DNA of 56,223 bases from an uncultured Clostridia bacterium (GTDB lineage: Bacteria > Bacillota > Clostridia > TANB77 > CAG-508): contig CANRAB010000001.1 of NCBI GenBank assembly GCA_947628475.1, forward strand, positions 1-56,223, written 5' to 3'. The position numbers and the translations under genes were made by a program. The notes beneath the pieces are model-generated. The model had not been told where the DNA came from. It saw nothing but the letters and a program-made list of their open reading frames with translations, and did not search any database. The first letter of the stretch is position 1. Each line of letters opens with the position of its first letter. Positions 1 through 11,253 of this stretch are shown in pieces.

Positions 1-875
1 GGTTCATTTTCTCCTTCAATCATTTGAGTCTTTTTATAATAATTTACATACATTTGCATTTGCCCAATATCTTGATGTGTAAGTTTGCCAATTTTTAAAT
101 CAATTATTACAAAACATTTTGCTAAACGATTATAAAAAATTAAATCTGGATAATAATATTCTGTACCTACTTTTATTCTTTGTTGACTTGCAACAAAAGA
201 AAAACCCCTACCTAATTCCAATAAAAATTCAGTCAAATGTGATAGCAATGCTGTTTCTAAATCCGTTTCTAAATAATTTTTATTTTCTTTTAAACCAGCA
301 AATTCAAAAATATATGGTGTCTTAAGTAATTCTTCTGGTTGTTTTTCAATCTTGTTTTTTTGTGATTCAGTGATTATTTTATTCTTATCTGGTGATATTA
401 AATATCTATCATATAATTTAGTATTGATTTGCCTACGTAACTCTCTACATCCCCAATTAGATTTTATGGCTTCTTGTTCATAGAAATCTCTTTCTTCTTT
501 TCTATCTATTCTAATTAATTCTTGAAAGTGAGCCCATGACAATTCAGTCGACACTGTCGACCAAATTGGATAGAATTCATAAAATCTTCGCATTCTTCTT
601 ATGCTAACGGAAGAAAAACCACTTCCAAATTCAATCGTAAGTTTACTAGATAAAACATCTATTATTTTTTTACCATAAATTGCCTTTGTACTATTTTCAG
701 ATAATTCATATGTTATTTTTCCTACATACCAATATACTTCCGTCATTGTAGTATCTATATGTTTAAACATTTTTTCTCTAGCAATTATTATTTTATTACG
801 AATATCTTGATAAATGTTTTCTATATTTGTTAATTCATTTTCATTATTTACTATTATTTCATTTTTCTTGTCCAT
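1..875 (-). CDS. PDDEXK-nuclease family protein (DUF1016/YhcG-like), 3' end outside window
   Basis: Own translation from ATG at 875..873 (not in supplied track): MDKKNEIIVNNENEL...MTEVYWYVGKITYE...GRGFSFVASQQRIKVGTEYYYPDLIFYNRLAKCFVIIDLKIGKLTHQDIGQMQMYVNYY. The D...DLK nuclease core and layout are typical of YhcG/DUF1016. The frame is open to the window edge. Confidence 0.6.
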   Translation of the reverse strand, partial: MDKKNEIIVNNENELTNIENIYQDIRNKIIIAREKMFKHIDTTMTEVYWYVGKITYELSENSTKAIYGKKIIDVLSSKLTIEFGSGFSSVSIRRMRRFYEFYPIWSTVSTELSWAHFQELIRIDRKEERDFYEQEAIKSNWGCRELRRQINTKLYDRYLISPDKNKIITESQKNKIEKQPEELLKTPYIFEFAGLKENKNYLETDLETALLSHLTEFLLELGRGFSFVASQQRIKVGTEYYYPDLIFYNRLAKCFVIIDLKIGKLTHQDIGQMQMYVNYYKKTQMIEGENE

Positions 876-919
876 TCAATCTTTTCACTTCCTATTTTAT
901 TATTGGCGTATAAAATATT

Positions 920-1402
920 TTAACATGAAAATTTTTTTGTCATATCTATTAGTCTAGTATGATAACCATTTTTTTCATAAAATTTACTAGCATTTTCATT
1001 ATATCCAAATACTTCAATCAAAATATCTTTACATCCACTTTCAATTAAATATTTTTCCATAGAATTTAATAATCTTTTCCCATATCCTTTTGCTCTACAA
1101 TTTTTTGACACAATTAATTCAGTTATTCTACCTCTTTTTGGTGCCTGAAAATTATATTCAAAGGTTTCTTCATTATTTATTATTCCTACTATCAATCCGA
1201 TTATTTTATTGTTTTCTTTATACAGTAACATTTTTCCATTGTTTTTTTGGATTTCTTCCATAATTTTTTTAAAATATTCTTCTCTATAATTTTCTTTTAA
1301 GATATTATATTTTTCTTTATCAATACTTGCAATATAATCTTGTAATTCAACTAATAAATTTTTAACATCTTCATCATATTGACTATTGTAATCAATTACC
1401 AT
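920..1402 (-). CDS. GNAT family N-acetyltransferase
   Basis: 160 aa ORF with an acetyl-CoA binding motif region, ITELIVSKNCRAKGYGKRLLN, and a C-terminal FYEKNGY. Confidence 0.75.
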   Translation of the reverse strand: MVIDYNSQYDEDVKNLLVELQDYIASIDKEKYNILKENYREEYFKKIMEEIQKNNGKMLLYKENNKIIGLIVGIINNEETFEYNFQAPKRGRITELIVSKNCRAKGYGKRLLNSMEKYLIESGCKDILIEVFGYNENASKFYEKNGYHTRLIDMTKKFSC

Positions 1403-1668
1403 TCTTATTTATTTCTCCTTATTCTAACTTTTCTAATAAATTTTTTTCAAATATTATATATTTATTAAATATTTATTTTATAATAATTTGTTTTTACAGG
1501 AATGGTCCATTCGTCACTTAACTTCATGTCTTCTATATTTGTTTTAAACAAAATTCCTCCACTTTTTTTTAATAACTTTAATAACTTTATTTGAGCCTAA
1601 ATTTTACGCCTATACTGGTTCTATTTTACTTTATTTTTGTTATTTACATATTGCTTAATTTTATTTAC

Positions 1669-3174
1669 CTAAAATAATGGTGCAAATAATCTTAAGATGG
1701 CTTGCCATAAAGACTTGATAAATCCTGCTTTTACTTCTTTATCATCTAATTTTTTACAGTCTTTAAAAGTTTCCTCAAAGTCGCTTAATATTTTCTTTAT
1801 CTCGTCAACGCCTTCCATATAAATTCCATTTTCAAAATGAAGATATAAACTTCTATAATCCATGTTTATTGTTCCAACTACTGCTCTAATATCATCTGAT
1901 AAAAATACTTTTGAATGAACAAATCCATTTGTATATTTGTAAATTTTTACACCATTATCATGTAATACTTTAAAGAATGAAGTTGTTTGTGTATAAACTA
2001 TTTTTTTGTCTGGAATTCCTGGTACTACTATTCTTACATCTACCCCTCTTTTAGCTGCTCTACAAAGTGAGTTAACAATATCGGTGTCAATTATTAAATA
2101 TGGCGTCATTATATATAGATAATTTTTTGCACTATTAATAATATTAATATAAACATCTTCACCTATTAAATCTTTATGAAGTGGAGCAACTCCATACGGA
2201 ATAACATAACCATTATTTTTATCATTATTATCAAAATTATATTTGAATTTTGTAATATCTTTGTCCTCATTTATATTAGCATTCCACATAGTTAAAAACA
2301 TAACTGTTAAGTTCCAGATTGCTTCTCCCACAATTTTTATTCCATTGTCTTTCCATATACCTAGTTTACTATTAACATTTATATATTCATCGCTTAAATT
2401 TACACCACCAGAAAAAGCTACTTTTCCATCTATAATAGTCATTTTTCTGTGATCTCTGTTATTCATGAATATTCCTCTAAAAGGACTTAATTTATTAAAT
2501 GGTATACATTTTATACCGTAACTCGCCATCTGTTTTGAAAAACTTGTTGAAAGCATCGCAAGACTTCCCATATCATCATACAATACTCTAACATCTACGC
2601 CTTTAGCTGCTTTTTCTTTTAATATATCCAAAATGCCATTCCACATAGTACCTTCATTAATAATAAAATATTCCATAAATATAAATTTTTCTGCTTTTTT
2701 TAACTCTTTTAATAACTCAGGATAAAACTTTTCACCAAAATTATAATATGTAATATCATTATTAGTACTTACAAAATAATTTGTCCTATTTATTAAGTAC
2801 TTAATATTATCCAATTCTTTATTATCTATATCTTTTTTTATTTTTTCTTCTTGTACTAGATATTTACTATATTTCTTTTCATATTCAAATATATTTTTTA
2901 ATAATTTGTTTTTAGAGTAATTTCTTCCTAAAGTAATTAATAAAATAGTTCCAAATATTGGAAATATTAGAATTAATATTACCCATGGTAAATCATTTGA
3001 AAGTCTAGTACTGTTCTTTAATATTCCAAGGACAATTAAAATACTTGCAATATTATAAAACAATGTAATAATTCCAAGATACTTATAGAAAAATAATCTT
3101 ATAATGATTGCAAATCCAAATTGCAAAATGACACCGATTGCAACTATTAAAGCTCTTTTTACTGCATTTAACAT
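1669..3174 (-). CDS. cls: cardiolipin synthase
   Basis: 501 aa with N-terminal TM helices and two PLD HKD motifs (HRKMTIIDG... and HSKVFLSDD...). Confidence 0.9.
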   Translation of the reverse strand: MLNAVKRALIVAIGVILQFGFAIIIRLFFYKYLGIITLFYNIASILIVLGILKNSTRLSNDLPWVILILIFPIFGTILLITLGRNYSKNKLLKNIFEYEKKYSKYLVQEEKIKKDIDNKELDNIKYLINRTNYFVSTNNDITYYNFGEKFYPELLKELKKAEKFIFMEYFIINEGTMWNGILDILKEKAAKGVDVRVLYDDMGSLAMLSTSFSKQMASYGIKCIPFNKLSPFRGIFMNNRDHRKMTIIDGKVAFSGGVNLSDEYINVNSKLGIWKDNGIKIVGEAIWNLTVMFLTMWNANINEDKDITKFKYNFDNNDKNNGYVIPYGVAPLHKDLIGEDVYINIINSAKNYLYIMTPYLIIDTDIVNSLCRAAKRGVDVRIVVPGIPDKKIVYTQTTSFFKVLHDNGVKIYKYTNGFVHSKVFLSDDIRAVVGTINMDYRSLYLHFENGIYMEGVDEIKKILSDFEETFKDCKKLDDKEVKAGFIKSLWQAILRLFAPLF

Positions 3175-3234
3175 TACATAACATCCTTTCTAAATTTAAA
3201 ACATAGGTAACTATTATTTAGTTACCTATTCCAG

Positions 3235-3699
3235 TTAAAATTTATATTGATTTTTGTCTGCTCTTTCATCAAAATTTCTATCATATTCTGTTGTTCCATA
3301 AAACCAGTCTGTTTTTCTATTCCTTACGCTTCCCTTTTTTCCACTGCTTAATCCTATATCCATAACTGCAAGTAATGGTATTATTACTGCTATTAATGAT
3401 ATGAATAATGTAATATAATTTCCGGTTTGTGATGTTCCATTCATTATCATTTCTATTGATTTATACGCATCTACCCCAAAATATGCACACTGTGCAATTA
3501 GATATATTATAGCTCCTAACATTTTTCTCTTAGCTACTAGAACTATACATACAAAAGTTATAAATAGCAATACAAATTCAAATGTTACATTCATTGGTAC
3601 AATAGCAAATCCTGAATCTGTAGAATATAATAACATTACTAATACTCTAAAAAGCCAAAATACTCCACCAAGTGCTGTAATAAAATAACCAAACATCAT
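3235..3699 (-). CDS. hypothetical integral membrane protein
   Basis: 154 aa with about four hydrophobic helices. No recognisable motif. Confidence 0.4.
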   Translation of the reverse strand: MMFGYFITALGGVFWLFRVLVMLLYSTDSGFAIVPMNVTFEFVLLFITFVCIVLVAKRKMLGAIIYLIAQCAYFGVDAYKSIEMIMNGTSQTGNYITLFISLIAVIIPLLAVMDIGLSSGKKGSVRNRKTDWFYGTTEYDRNFDERADKNQYKF

Positions 3700-3835
3700 T
3701 TTTCCCCCTTTTTTATTATTTATTTACATTTATTTTAAATGTTATTTTATAAATTGTCAATATTTTTATTCTTAATTTATATGTTATAATTTTCTACTAT
3801 TATTAAGTTGTTAGAAATATGATATATGCAAATTT

Positions 3836-4696
3836 TTAATCTATTATAACATCTCTTTTTAACAATTTATTACTTACTGTCCCTAATCCTAAAAATTTAT
3901 TACCATTATATATACGATAAACATTATCTTCATTATTAATTGAAAGTTTCACACCATTTAAAAATAATTCAGTTTTTTTATCATTTAAAACTATTTTACA
4001 TTTTTCCACAAATACATCTTCCACAGGTATTATTTTTTCGTTTACAATATCTATACCTTTTTTTCTTATCTCTTCAATTGTTACAGATTGTTCTATCTTA
4101 AAATTATCTACATTTAGTCTACACAATTTTTGCATAACTCCTATTGTTCCAAGTCTTACTGCTATGTCTTCGCAAAGTTTTCTAATATATGTTCCTTTTG
4201 AACATTCTACTTTAAAAATTATTACTTTTCCTTCAAATTTTATTAAAGATATTTGTTTTATTTCTATTTCTCGAGGTTCAATGTTTACTATTTTACCTTC
4301 TCTTGCATATTCATAGGCCTTTTTACCATTTATTTTTACTGCTGAATATATTGGTGGTGTTTGTTTTTGTTTTCCTAAAAAGGTCTTTAATACTTGCTTA
4401 ATTTGTTCTTCACTTAAGTTTGGTACACCTTTGGTTTCTATTACTTCACCTTCTAAATCCCCTGTTGTAGTTTTTTCACCTAATTTTAATTCTGCCATAT
4501 ATGTTTTATTATGTTCAATTAAATATTTTGAAATTTTTGTTGCTTGTCCTATTAAAATTGGAAGTACACCCGTTGCTTGAGGATCCAATGTTCCAGCATG
4601 TCCTATTTTTTTAATATTTAACTCTTTTCTTAAAATATTTACTATATCATGTGAAGTATAACTTTCTGGTTTGTTTACTATTAAAACTCCATTCAT
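3836..4696 (-). CDS. truB: tRNA pseudouridine(55) synthase TruB
   Basis: N-terminus MNGVLIVNKPESYTSHDIV...GHAGTLDP with the catalytic Asp motif. Located in the nusA-infB-rbfA-truB synteny. Confidence 0.95.
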   Translation of the reverse strand: MNGVLIVNKPESYTSHDIVNILRKELNIKKIGHAGTLDPQATGVLPILIGQATKISKYLIEHNKTYMAELKLGEKTTTGDLEGEVIETKGVPNLSEEQIKQVLKTFLGKQKQTPPIYSAVKINGKKAYEYAREGKIVNIEPREIEIKQISLIKFEGKVIIFKVECSKGTYIRKLCEDIAVRLGTIGVMQKLCRLNVDNFKIEQSVTIEEIRKKGIDIVNEKIIPVEDVFVEKCKIVLNDKKTELFLNGVKLSINNEDNVYRIYNGNKFLGLGTVSNKLLKRDVIID

Positions 4697-4744
4697 CTCT
4701 GTCTTCCTTTTCTTATGTCAAAGCATTTTTATTATAAATACTAA

Positions 4745-5692
4745 TTATTTTAAATTATTTTTACATTCTGTTACTATTTTTTCTTTGGCTTTTTCAAATG
4801 GTAAAGATATACTTCCACCTGCTGCTCTAATATGTCCTCCTCCATTAAATAATAAACATATATCAGATACATTTACATATTCATTTGATCTTAATGATAT
4901 TTTATACTCATCATCTGCTACTTCTCGTAAAAATATAGACACCTCTACACCTTCTATATCTCTTCCCATCTCTACAATTCCATCATGATCTTCACTTTTT
5001 GTTTCTTCCTCGTCTTTTCTTGTTATATATGTAAACGCTATTTTTCCATCTTCTAGCAATTCTAGTCTATTCATTGCTATTCTTCTTAATTCAAATTTTT
5101 CTACTGGAACTGTTTGCAAAACTTTTTTATATATATTAGATACATTAACCCCTCTATTTAGTAGTTCTGCTGCAAATTCAAATGTTTCAGCTTTTACACT
5201 TTGATACTTGAATCCTCCTGTATCTGTAATTATACCTGTTAATAAGCATGTTCCTATTTCTTTTGTAATTTCTATACCTAAAGCGTTTAATACTATTACC
5301 AATATTTGACAGCATGCTGGTGCTGTTGGATTAACAAAATTATAATCTCCAAACATTGTATTTGCCTCATGATGGTCTATTGAAATTTTACAATTTGCAT
5401 CTTCAAAATAATTTGCAAAACCATTTAATCTTTTTATATCTCCACAATCTAAAGCTATTGCTAAATCATAATTTTCATTTTTGCCTTCTTTTTTTATCTC
5501 TTCAGCAAATGGTAGGAAAGAATATGTTTTAGAATATTTTGGTATTACAACATCCACATTTTTTCCTATTTGTTTTAAGCCTATATACATTGCTAAACTA
5601 CTTCCTATGGCATCTCCATCAGGGACATCATGTGTTAATATAACAATATCTTTCGCTTTATATATTTCTTCTTTAATATTATCTAAAGTCAT
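4745..5692 (-). CDS. nrnA: DHH/DHHA1 family phosphoesterase (NrnA-like oligoribonuclease/pAp phosphatase)
   Basis: HDVPDGDAIGS, LDCGD, SIDHHE and GGGH motifs. Conserved position between rbfA and truB. Confidence 0.85.
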   Translation of the reverse strand: MTLDNIKEEIYKAKDIVILTHDVPDGDAIGSSLAMYIGLKQIGKNVDVVIPKYSKTYSFLPFAEEIKKEGKNENYDLAIALDCGDIKRLNGFANYFEDANCKISIDHHEANTMFGDYNFVNPTAPACCQILVIVLNALGIEITKEIGTCLLTGIITDTGGFKYQSVKAETFEFAAELLNRGVNVSNIYKKVLQTVPVEKFELRRIAMNRLELLEDGKIAFTYITRKDEEETKSEDHDGIVEMGRDIEGVEVSIFLREVADDEYKISLRSNEYVNVSDICLLFNGGGHIRAAGGSISLPFEKAKEKIVTECKNNLK

Positions 5693-5736
5693 TATTACCT
5701 CTCTTTTCTGCCAAAATTGGCTTCTTTTCTTCTTTG

Positions 5737-6108
5737 TTAATTTTCAGGTTTAATATCCTTCATAATTTTCTCTAATATTGAATCTATTTTTTCACCATAT
5801 ACTAGACTTTCATCTAACTCAAATACTAACTCTGGTGTTATTCTTAAATTCATCTTTTCTGCTATTCTACTTCTTATAAAGCCTGAAGCTGATTTTAAAC
5901 CTGCAAGTGTTTGCTTTACATTCCTTGAATTAATTATACTAACACTAACTTTAGCATACTTTAAATCAGGTGATGTTTTTACTTTTGTAACACTTATCAT
6001 TCCTGTAACATTTGAATTTTTTACCTCATAATTGATTATACTACTTAATTCTCTTTTTAATTCCTCATTTACTCTAGCCATACGGTTAGAATTATTACTT
6101 TTTTGCAT
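5737..6108 (-). CDS. rbfA: 30S ribosome-binding factor RbfA
   Basis: 123 aa with RVNEELKRELSSII... and synteny downstream of infB. Confidence 0.9.
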   Translation of the reverse strand: MQKSNNSNRMARVNEELKRELSSIINYEVKNSNVTGMISVTKVKTSPDLKYAKVSVSIINSRNVKQTLAGLKSASGFIRSRIAEKMNLRITPELVFELDESLVYGEKIDSILEKIMKDIKPEN

Positions 6109-6159
6109 TTTTCACTCTCCAAGTTTTTTATTTTTATAAAGTTTGAAACATTATGAACT

Positions 6160-9144
6160 TTACTTTATTTGTTCCATAACAAAGGCTTCGATTATATCTC
6201 CCTCTTGAATATCATTAAAGTTCTCAATTTGAATTCCACACTCATACCCTGCTGCCACTTCTTTTGCATCATCTTTCATTCTCTTTAATGAGATTAATTT
6301 TCCATCATGTATTACTACATTATTTCTTAATACTCTAACTCCTGCATTTCTTGCAACTTTTCCACTTGTTACATAGCATCCAGCAATTGTTCCTACATTT
6401 GATATTTTAAATGTCTGTCTTATTTCTGCATTACCTATAATTACTTCTTTATATACTGGATCTAACATTCCTTTCATTGCTGCTTCTACATCTTCTATTG
6501 CATTATAAATTACTGAATATATTTTTATTTCTACTTGTTCTTTTTCTGCCATATCTTTTGCTATTGGTTCAGGTCTTACATTAAATGCAATTATTATAGC
6601 GTTTGAAACTTTTGCAAGTGTAACATCTGTTTCTGTTACTGCACCAACATTTGCATGAATTACTTTTACTTTTACCTCATCGTTAGATAATTTTTCTAAT
6701 GATTGTTTTACTGCTTCTACTGAACCTTGAACATCTGCTTTTACTATTATATTTAGTTGTTTTAAGTTTCCTTTAGCAATTTGGTTAAATAGGTCATCTA
6801 ATGTTACTCTATTTGTAGCATTTAAAGCTTTATCTCTTGCTTGACGTTTTCTCTTTTCTATTAAATGTTTAGCAGTTTTTTCATCTTTTACCTCATAGAA
6901 AGTTTCTCCTGCTTCTGGCACTTCTGTAAATCCTGTTATTTCAACTGGTGTAGATGGTCCTGCTTTCTTTAATTTTTTACCTTTTTCATCTGTCATTGTT
7001 CTTATTCTACCTATTGTAGAACCTACAAGTATAGTATCTCCTACATCTAATGTTCCACGTTGTACTAGCATTGTTGCAACTGCACCTTTAGATTTATCTA
7101 ACTTCGCTTCTATTACAACACCTTTTGCTTGTTTATTTGGATTTGCTTTTAATTCTTTCATATCTGCAACTAATAAAACCATTTCTAAAAGTGTATCAAT
7201 ATTTTGCTTTTTCTTTGCAGAAATCGGAACAAATATTGTATCTCCACCCCATTCTTCTGGTACTAGTTCGTATTCCATTAATTCTTGTTTTACTCTATCT
7301 ATGTTTGCACCTTCAACATCTATTTTGTTTATAGCTACTATAATTGGAATACCTGCTGCTTTAGCATGATTTATTGCTTCTACTGTTTGTGGCATTACTC
7401 CATCATTTGCTGCTACTACAAGTATAGCTATATCTGTAATTTGTGCACCTCTTGCACGCATTGCTGTAAATGCTTCATGTCCTGGTGTATCTAAGAATGT
7501 TATTTCTCTATCTTTTACTTTTACCTTATAAGCTCCAATATGTTGTGTAATTCCTCCTGCTTCTCCTTCTATTACGTTTGTTGACCTTACAGCATCTAGA
7601 AGTGATGTTTTACCATGATCAACGTGTCCCATAACAACTATTACTGGTGGTCTTGGTAATAAATCTTCTGGTCTGTCTTCACTATCATCAAATAGTATAT
7701 CTTCATCTGTTACAACTTCTTTTTTGTTTGCTGTAATTCCAAATTCTTGTGCAATTAAAAAAGCGGTATCAAAATCTATTTCATTATTTATAGTTGCCAT
7801 TATTCCATAATTAAATAATTTCTTAATAATTTCACTACTAGTTTTCTTTAATTCTGTGCTTAAATCTTTTACAGTTATTGTTTCAGGAATTGTTATTTCC
7901 GTTAATTGGAATATTTTTTGTTTGTTTCTTTCTTCTTGATTATTATTTTTCTTTTTGTTCTTTTTTCCTCTAGCAGTTGTTAAGTCATAATAATCTAACA
8001 TAGAACCTTCATCAAACATTCCTGAAAGTCCTCTTTCTTGTTTCAAATCTTTTAGTTTATGACTGCTGATTTCTTCGTAATTATTTCTTCTATTTTTATT
8101 TCTTTTTGCTGTTCTATTTTCATCAAATTTACTATTATTTTTTTGTTTATCTATTGCTTTATTAGCATATTCTCTAACATTTTCTTTTTCACCAATATCA
8201 GCAGCCATTATGTTTTTAATATTTTTTTCTATTCCTCTTTCATCAAGGCTTCTATTTTGTTTATTATAGTTGCCACCATTATTTCTATTGTTGAATGGTC
8301 TATTATTTCCTTGTTGTCTATCTCTGTTAAAGTTATTATTACGGTTACTATAATTATTTCTGTTATTGTAATCCCTATTATTATTTGAATTAAAGTTTCT
8401 ATTCATATTATTAAATGGTCTTTTTTGTCCATTATTATTGCGATTTGAATTATTATAACCTGAATTACTATAATTTTGATTATTATTTTGGTTAGTATTA
8501 TAATTTTTATTTTGAGTATTATTATAATTTCTGTTTTGAGTATTACTATTCAAACTTATATTAACGTTAGTATTTTGCACAGTTTTTATACTTTCATTCT
8601 TATTTATTTCTTTTCGTTCTTCATCTTTTTTTACCTCTACTGCTGCTGTAGGAGTTTGTTTAGCAGTTTCAACAGCTTTTTCTTTGTTTACTTCTTCTTT
8701 TGGTTCTTCTTTTTTGCCAAACAATTCACTAACAGTAAGAGGTTTTGTTGGTTTATTTCTATACACAATATTGTAGTCTTTATTTCTTCCACGCTCTATC
8801 ATTCCAACATCTCTGTTTACATTATTTTCTTGTTTTCTTTCTTTTTTATTTTTATCTTCATTCTCCTCTACTATCACTTGTCTTCTAATTATTACTGGTT
8901 CCTCTTTTGCTTCTTTTTTAGGTCTATTCTCTCTTACTTTTTTTGTCTTTTCATCATTTTTTGATATAGCTTTATTTTTAGAATAACTATCTTCTATCAT
9001 CTTTGCCTCTTTTTCTTCAATTCCACTTAAATGTGATGTTGCATCTATTCCAAGTTTCTTTGCTCTTTCTAAAATTTCTTTACTTGTTAATCCCATTTTT
9101 TTTGCAATCTCATGGATTTTTACTTTATTACCCAATAATATCAC
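6160..9144 (-). CDS. infB: translation initiation factor IF-2 (with long Asn-rich N-terminal insert)
   Basis: GTPase motifs [20 protein letters not shown] and NKID, plus a conserved C-terminal domain. 994 aa. Exact start uncertain. Confidence 0.95.
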   Translation of the reverse strand: MILLGNKVKIHEIAKKMGLTSKEILERAKKLGIDATSHLSGIEEKEAKMIEDSYSKNKAISKNDEKTKKVRENRPKKEAKEEPVIIRRQVIVEENEDKNKKERKQENNVNRDVGMIERGRNKDYNIVYRNKPTKPLTVSELFGKKEEPKEEVNKEKAVETAKQTPTAAVEVKKDEERKEINKNESIKTVQNTNVNISLNSNTQNRNYNNTQNKNYNTNQNNNQNYSNSGYNNSNRNNNGQKRPFNNMNRNFNSNNNRDYNNRNNYSNRNNNFNRDRQQGNNRPFNNRNNGGNYNKQNRSLDERGIEKNIKNIMAADIGEKENVREYANKAIDKQKNNSKFDENRTAKRNKNRRNNYEEISSHKLKDLKQERGLSGMFDEGSMLDYYDLTTARGKKNKKKNNNQEERNKQKIFQLTEITIPETITVKDLSTELKKTSSEIIKKLFNYGIMATINNEIDFDTAFLIAQEFGITANKKEVVTDEDILFDDSEDRPEDLLPRPPVIVVMGHVDHGKTSLLDAVRSTNVIEGEAGGITQHIGAYKVKVKDREITFLDTPGHEAFTAMRARGAQITDIAILVVAANDGVMPQTVEAINHAKAAGIPIIVAINKIDVEGANIDRVKQELMEYELVPEEWGGDTIFVPISAKKKQNIDTLLEMVLLVADMKELKANPNKQAKGVVIEAKLDKSKGAVATMLVQRGTLDVGDTILVGSTIGRIRTMTDEKGKKLKKAGPSTPVEITGFTEVPEAGETFYEVKDEKTAKHLIEKRKRQARDKALNATNRVTLDDLFNQIAKGNLKQLNIIVKADVQGSVEAVKQSLEKLSNDEVKVKVIHANVGAVTETDVTLAKVSNAIIIAFNVRPEPIAKDMAEKEQVEIKIYSVIYNAIEDVEAAMKGMLDPVYKEVIIGNAEIRQTFKISNVGTIAGCYVTSGKVARNAGVRVLRNNVVIHDGKLISLKRMKDDAKEVAAGYECGIQIENFNDIQEGDIIEAFVMEQIK

Positions 9145-9170
9145 CTCCTATTTTACTATTATCAATAAAA

Positions 9171-9443
9171 TTATTCTGTACTAGCGTTATCAATAATTAC
9201 ACCCCTTATATCTTCATAAATTTTTTTATCTATATTTGTTTTTAAAACTTTAAATATTCTATTTGTTTTTATTGCTTTTTCTAAACATTCTTTATTTTTA
9301 CATATATATGCTCCGCGTCCTTCCATTCTTCCTGTAATATCAACAATTACTTTATTATCTTTAGTTCTTACTACCCTAATTAATTCATATTTGTTTTTCT
9401 TTGCGTTGCAACTCATACATCTTCTTTGAAAAGCTTTTTTCAT
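9171..9443 (-). CDS. ylxR: YlxR/RnpM family RNA-binding protein (DUF448)
   Basis: RRCMSCNAKKNKYELIRVV...GRGAYICKNKEC pattern. Sits between nusA and infB. Confidence 0.85.
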   Translation of the reverse strand: MKKAFQRRCMSCNAKKNKYELIRVVRTKDNKVIVDITGRMEGRGAYICKNKECLEKAIKTNRIFKVLKTNIDKKIYEDIRGVIIDNASTE

Positions 9444-10558
9444 TACTCATCATTTCCCTCTTTGGTTGTTGTTTTATCTGTTTTTTGATTTTCTTCATAT
9501 TTCATTAGCTCTCTATACTGAGTTTCACTTTTAATATCTATTTTCCAATTTGTAAGTTTTACAGCCAATCTAGCATTTTGTCCGCCTTTTCCAATTGCTA
9601 ATGATAATTCTTCATCTGGAACTATAACTTGTGCAAATTTTTCGTCTTCTTTTATATCAATTGCCATTACATGAGCTGGTAGTAAAGCAGAACTTATAAA
9701 TATTGCTGGATCTTCATTCCATTCTATAACATCTATTTTTTCACCATTCATTTCATTTATTATATTTTGTATTCTTATACCTTTTGAACCTACGCAAGAA
9801 CCTACTGGATCAATATCAGGATTTTTTGAATATACTGCAACCTTACTTCTATTTCCAGGATCTCTTGATACTGCCTTTACTTCTATTAATCCCTCATATA
9901 TCTCAGGTATTTCTAATTCAAATAATTTTTTTATAACATCTGGATGACTTCTTGTTACTAATACTTGTGGAGCTCCTTTTATACCTTTTTCTACATTTAA
10001 TACATAAGCTTTAATTTTATCATTTACTTTATATTTTTCTGTTGGAATTTGCTCTTTTAATGGCATTATTCCTTCTAATTTTCCTAAATCTAATATAACA
10101 ATTCCTTTATCAGATTTTTGTACTATTCCTGTTACAATTTCGCCTTTTCTTTCATTATATTCATTAAATACCATATTTCTTTCTGCTTCTCTAACTTTTT
10201 GTACTATATGTTGTTTAGCAGCCTGTGCTGCTATTCTTCCAAAATCCTTTGGCTTTGTTTCTATATTTATGATATCACCAATTTGAGCCTTCTTTTCTAT
10301 TTGTTTAGCTTCGTCTAAAGAAATTTGTAAATTATTATCTTCCACATTCTCAACAACTTCTTTTTGTGCATATATATGAATTTCTCCTGTAGTACTATCC
10401 ATCTCTATTTTTACATTTTCTGCTGAATCAAAATTTCTTTTATATGCTGAAGCCAACGCTACCTCTAACGATTCTAATAAATATTCTTTATTTATTCCTC
10501 TCTCTTTTTCTAATTCTTCTATTGCCATTATTAATTCTTTATTTTCATTATTCTTCAT
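9443..10558 (-). CDS. nusA: transcription termination/antitermination factor NusA
   Basis: S1 and KH domain sequence (GEIVTGIV..., IGKGGQNARLA). I prefer the ATG at 10558 because a GGGAGG RBS (10567..10574) lies 8 nt upstream, rather than the track start at 10585. Confidence 0.93.
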   Translation of the reverse strand: MKNNENKELIMAIEELEKERGINKEYLLESLEVALASAYKRNFDSAENVKIEMDSTTGEIHIYAQKEVVENVEDNNLQISLDEAKQIEKKAQIGDIINIETKPKDFGRIAAQAAKQHIVQKVREAERNMVFNEYNERKGEIVTGIVQKSDKGIVILDLGKLEGIMPLKEQIPTEKYKVNDKIKAYVLNVEKGIKGAPQVLVTRSHPDVIKKLFELEIPEIYEGLIEVKAVSRDPGNRSKVAVYSKNPDIDPVGSCVGSKGIRIQNIINEMNGEKIDVIEWNEDPAIFISSALLPAHVMAIDIKEDEKFAQVIVPDEELSLAIGKGGQNARLAVKLTNWKIDIKSETQYRELMKYEENQKTDKTTTKEGNDE

Positions 10559-10578
10559 TTTTTTAATTCCTCCCTTTA

Positions 10579-11034
10579 TTACCATTCAAATACAGTTTTT
10601 GTCTGTGCAATATCTTGTCTTGCAATATTTATACTTTGATTTTCTGTTTTTACAGTTAAATTGTTTTCATCGTATTGCTCTAGTATACCTACATATTGCT
10701 TCTTGCCATTTAATGGTTTAAATAATTTAATTTGTACTTTTTTTCCTATATTTGCTTCTAAATGTTTATCTTTTCTTAATATTCTTTCTACTCCTGGTGA
10801 TGAAACTTCTAGGAAATATTGCTCTTTTATATAATCTTCCTTATCTAAAAGTTCTGTAATATTGTTGCTTACCAATTCACAGTCATTTAAAGTTATTCCT
10901 TTTTCATTATCAATGTATATACGTAAATAATAATCTTTCGCTTCTTTTACATATTCTACATCATAAAGTTCATATCCTAAACTTTGTATCTTACTTGATA
11001 CTAACTCTTCAACTTTATCTTCTATTTTTGCCAA
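10579..11034 (-). CDS. rimP: ribosome maturation factor RimP
   Basis: 151 aa with LGYELYDVEY...SSPGVERIL. TTG start with an AAGGAGAG RBS. First gene of the nusA operon. Confidence 0.9.
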   Translation of the reverse strand: MAKIEDKVEELVSSKIQSLGYELYDVEYVKEAKDYYLRIYIDNEKGITLNDCELVSNNITELLDKEDYIKEQYFLEVSSPGVERILRKDKHLEANIGKKVQIKLFKPLNGKKQYVGILEQYDENNLTVKTENQSINIARQDIAQTKTVFEW

Positions 11035-11059
11035 TAATCTCTCTCCTTATTTTCAAAAG

Positions 11060-11086
11060 TTAAGAGTGGGCTTTGCCCACTCTTAA
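11060..11086 (-). promoter_or_regulatory. GC-containing leader hairpin immediately upstream of rimP RBS (possible attenuator of rimP-nusA-infB operon)
   Basis: TTAAGAGTGGGC/GCCCACTCTTAA form a 12-bp perfect stem with a 3-nt loop. On the minus strand it is followed by CTTTTG, then the RBS. Confidence 0.45.
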
Positions 11087-11207
11087 GTCTTATTATTTAA
11101 TTGCTAATTAATTATAATATATTTTTTTTGAAAAATCAAGCATTTCTTAGAATTTTCAAAATTTTTTTTACATTTTGATAAATAAAAAAAATTATTTTTT
11201 ATTTATA

Positions 11208-11236
11208 TTGACGAATTTTATTATTCATTATAAAAT
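11208..11236 (+). promoter_or_regulatory. putative sigmaA promoter of HD-GYP gene
   Basis: TTGACG (11208..11213), a 17-nt spacer and TAAAAT (11231..11236). An AGGTG RBS precedes the ATG at 11254. Confidence 0.4.
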
Positions 11237-11253
11237 AAATATAGGTGTTGTTT

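Noticed and set aside
8059-8964. Long plus-strand ORFs antisense to infB (8059..8388, 8476..8964) and similar ones opposite topB, dnaK, metG and others
   Set aside because: Their composition is dominated by I/F/L/S/Y, as expected from reading AT-rich coding DNA backwards. They have no RBS and are fully nested in well-supported genes.
9144-9171. Absence of the L7Ae-like ylxQ gene usually found between ylxR and infB
   Set aside because: Only 26 nt separate the two genes, so the absence is real. However, ylxQ is missing in many lineages, and this is of minor interest.
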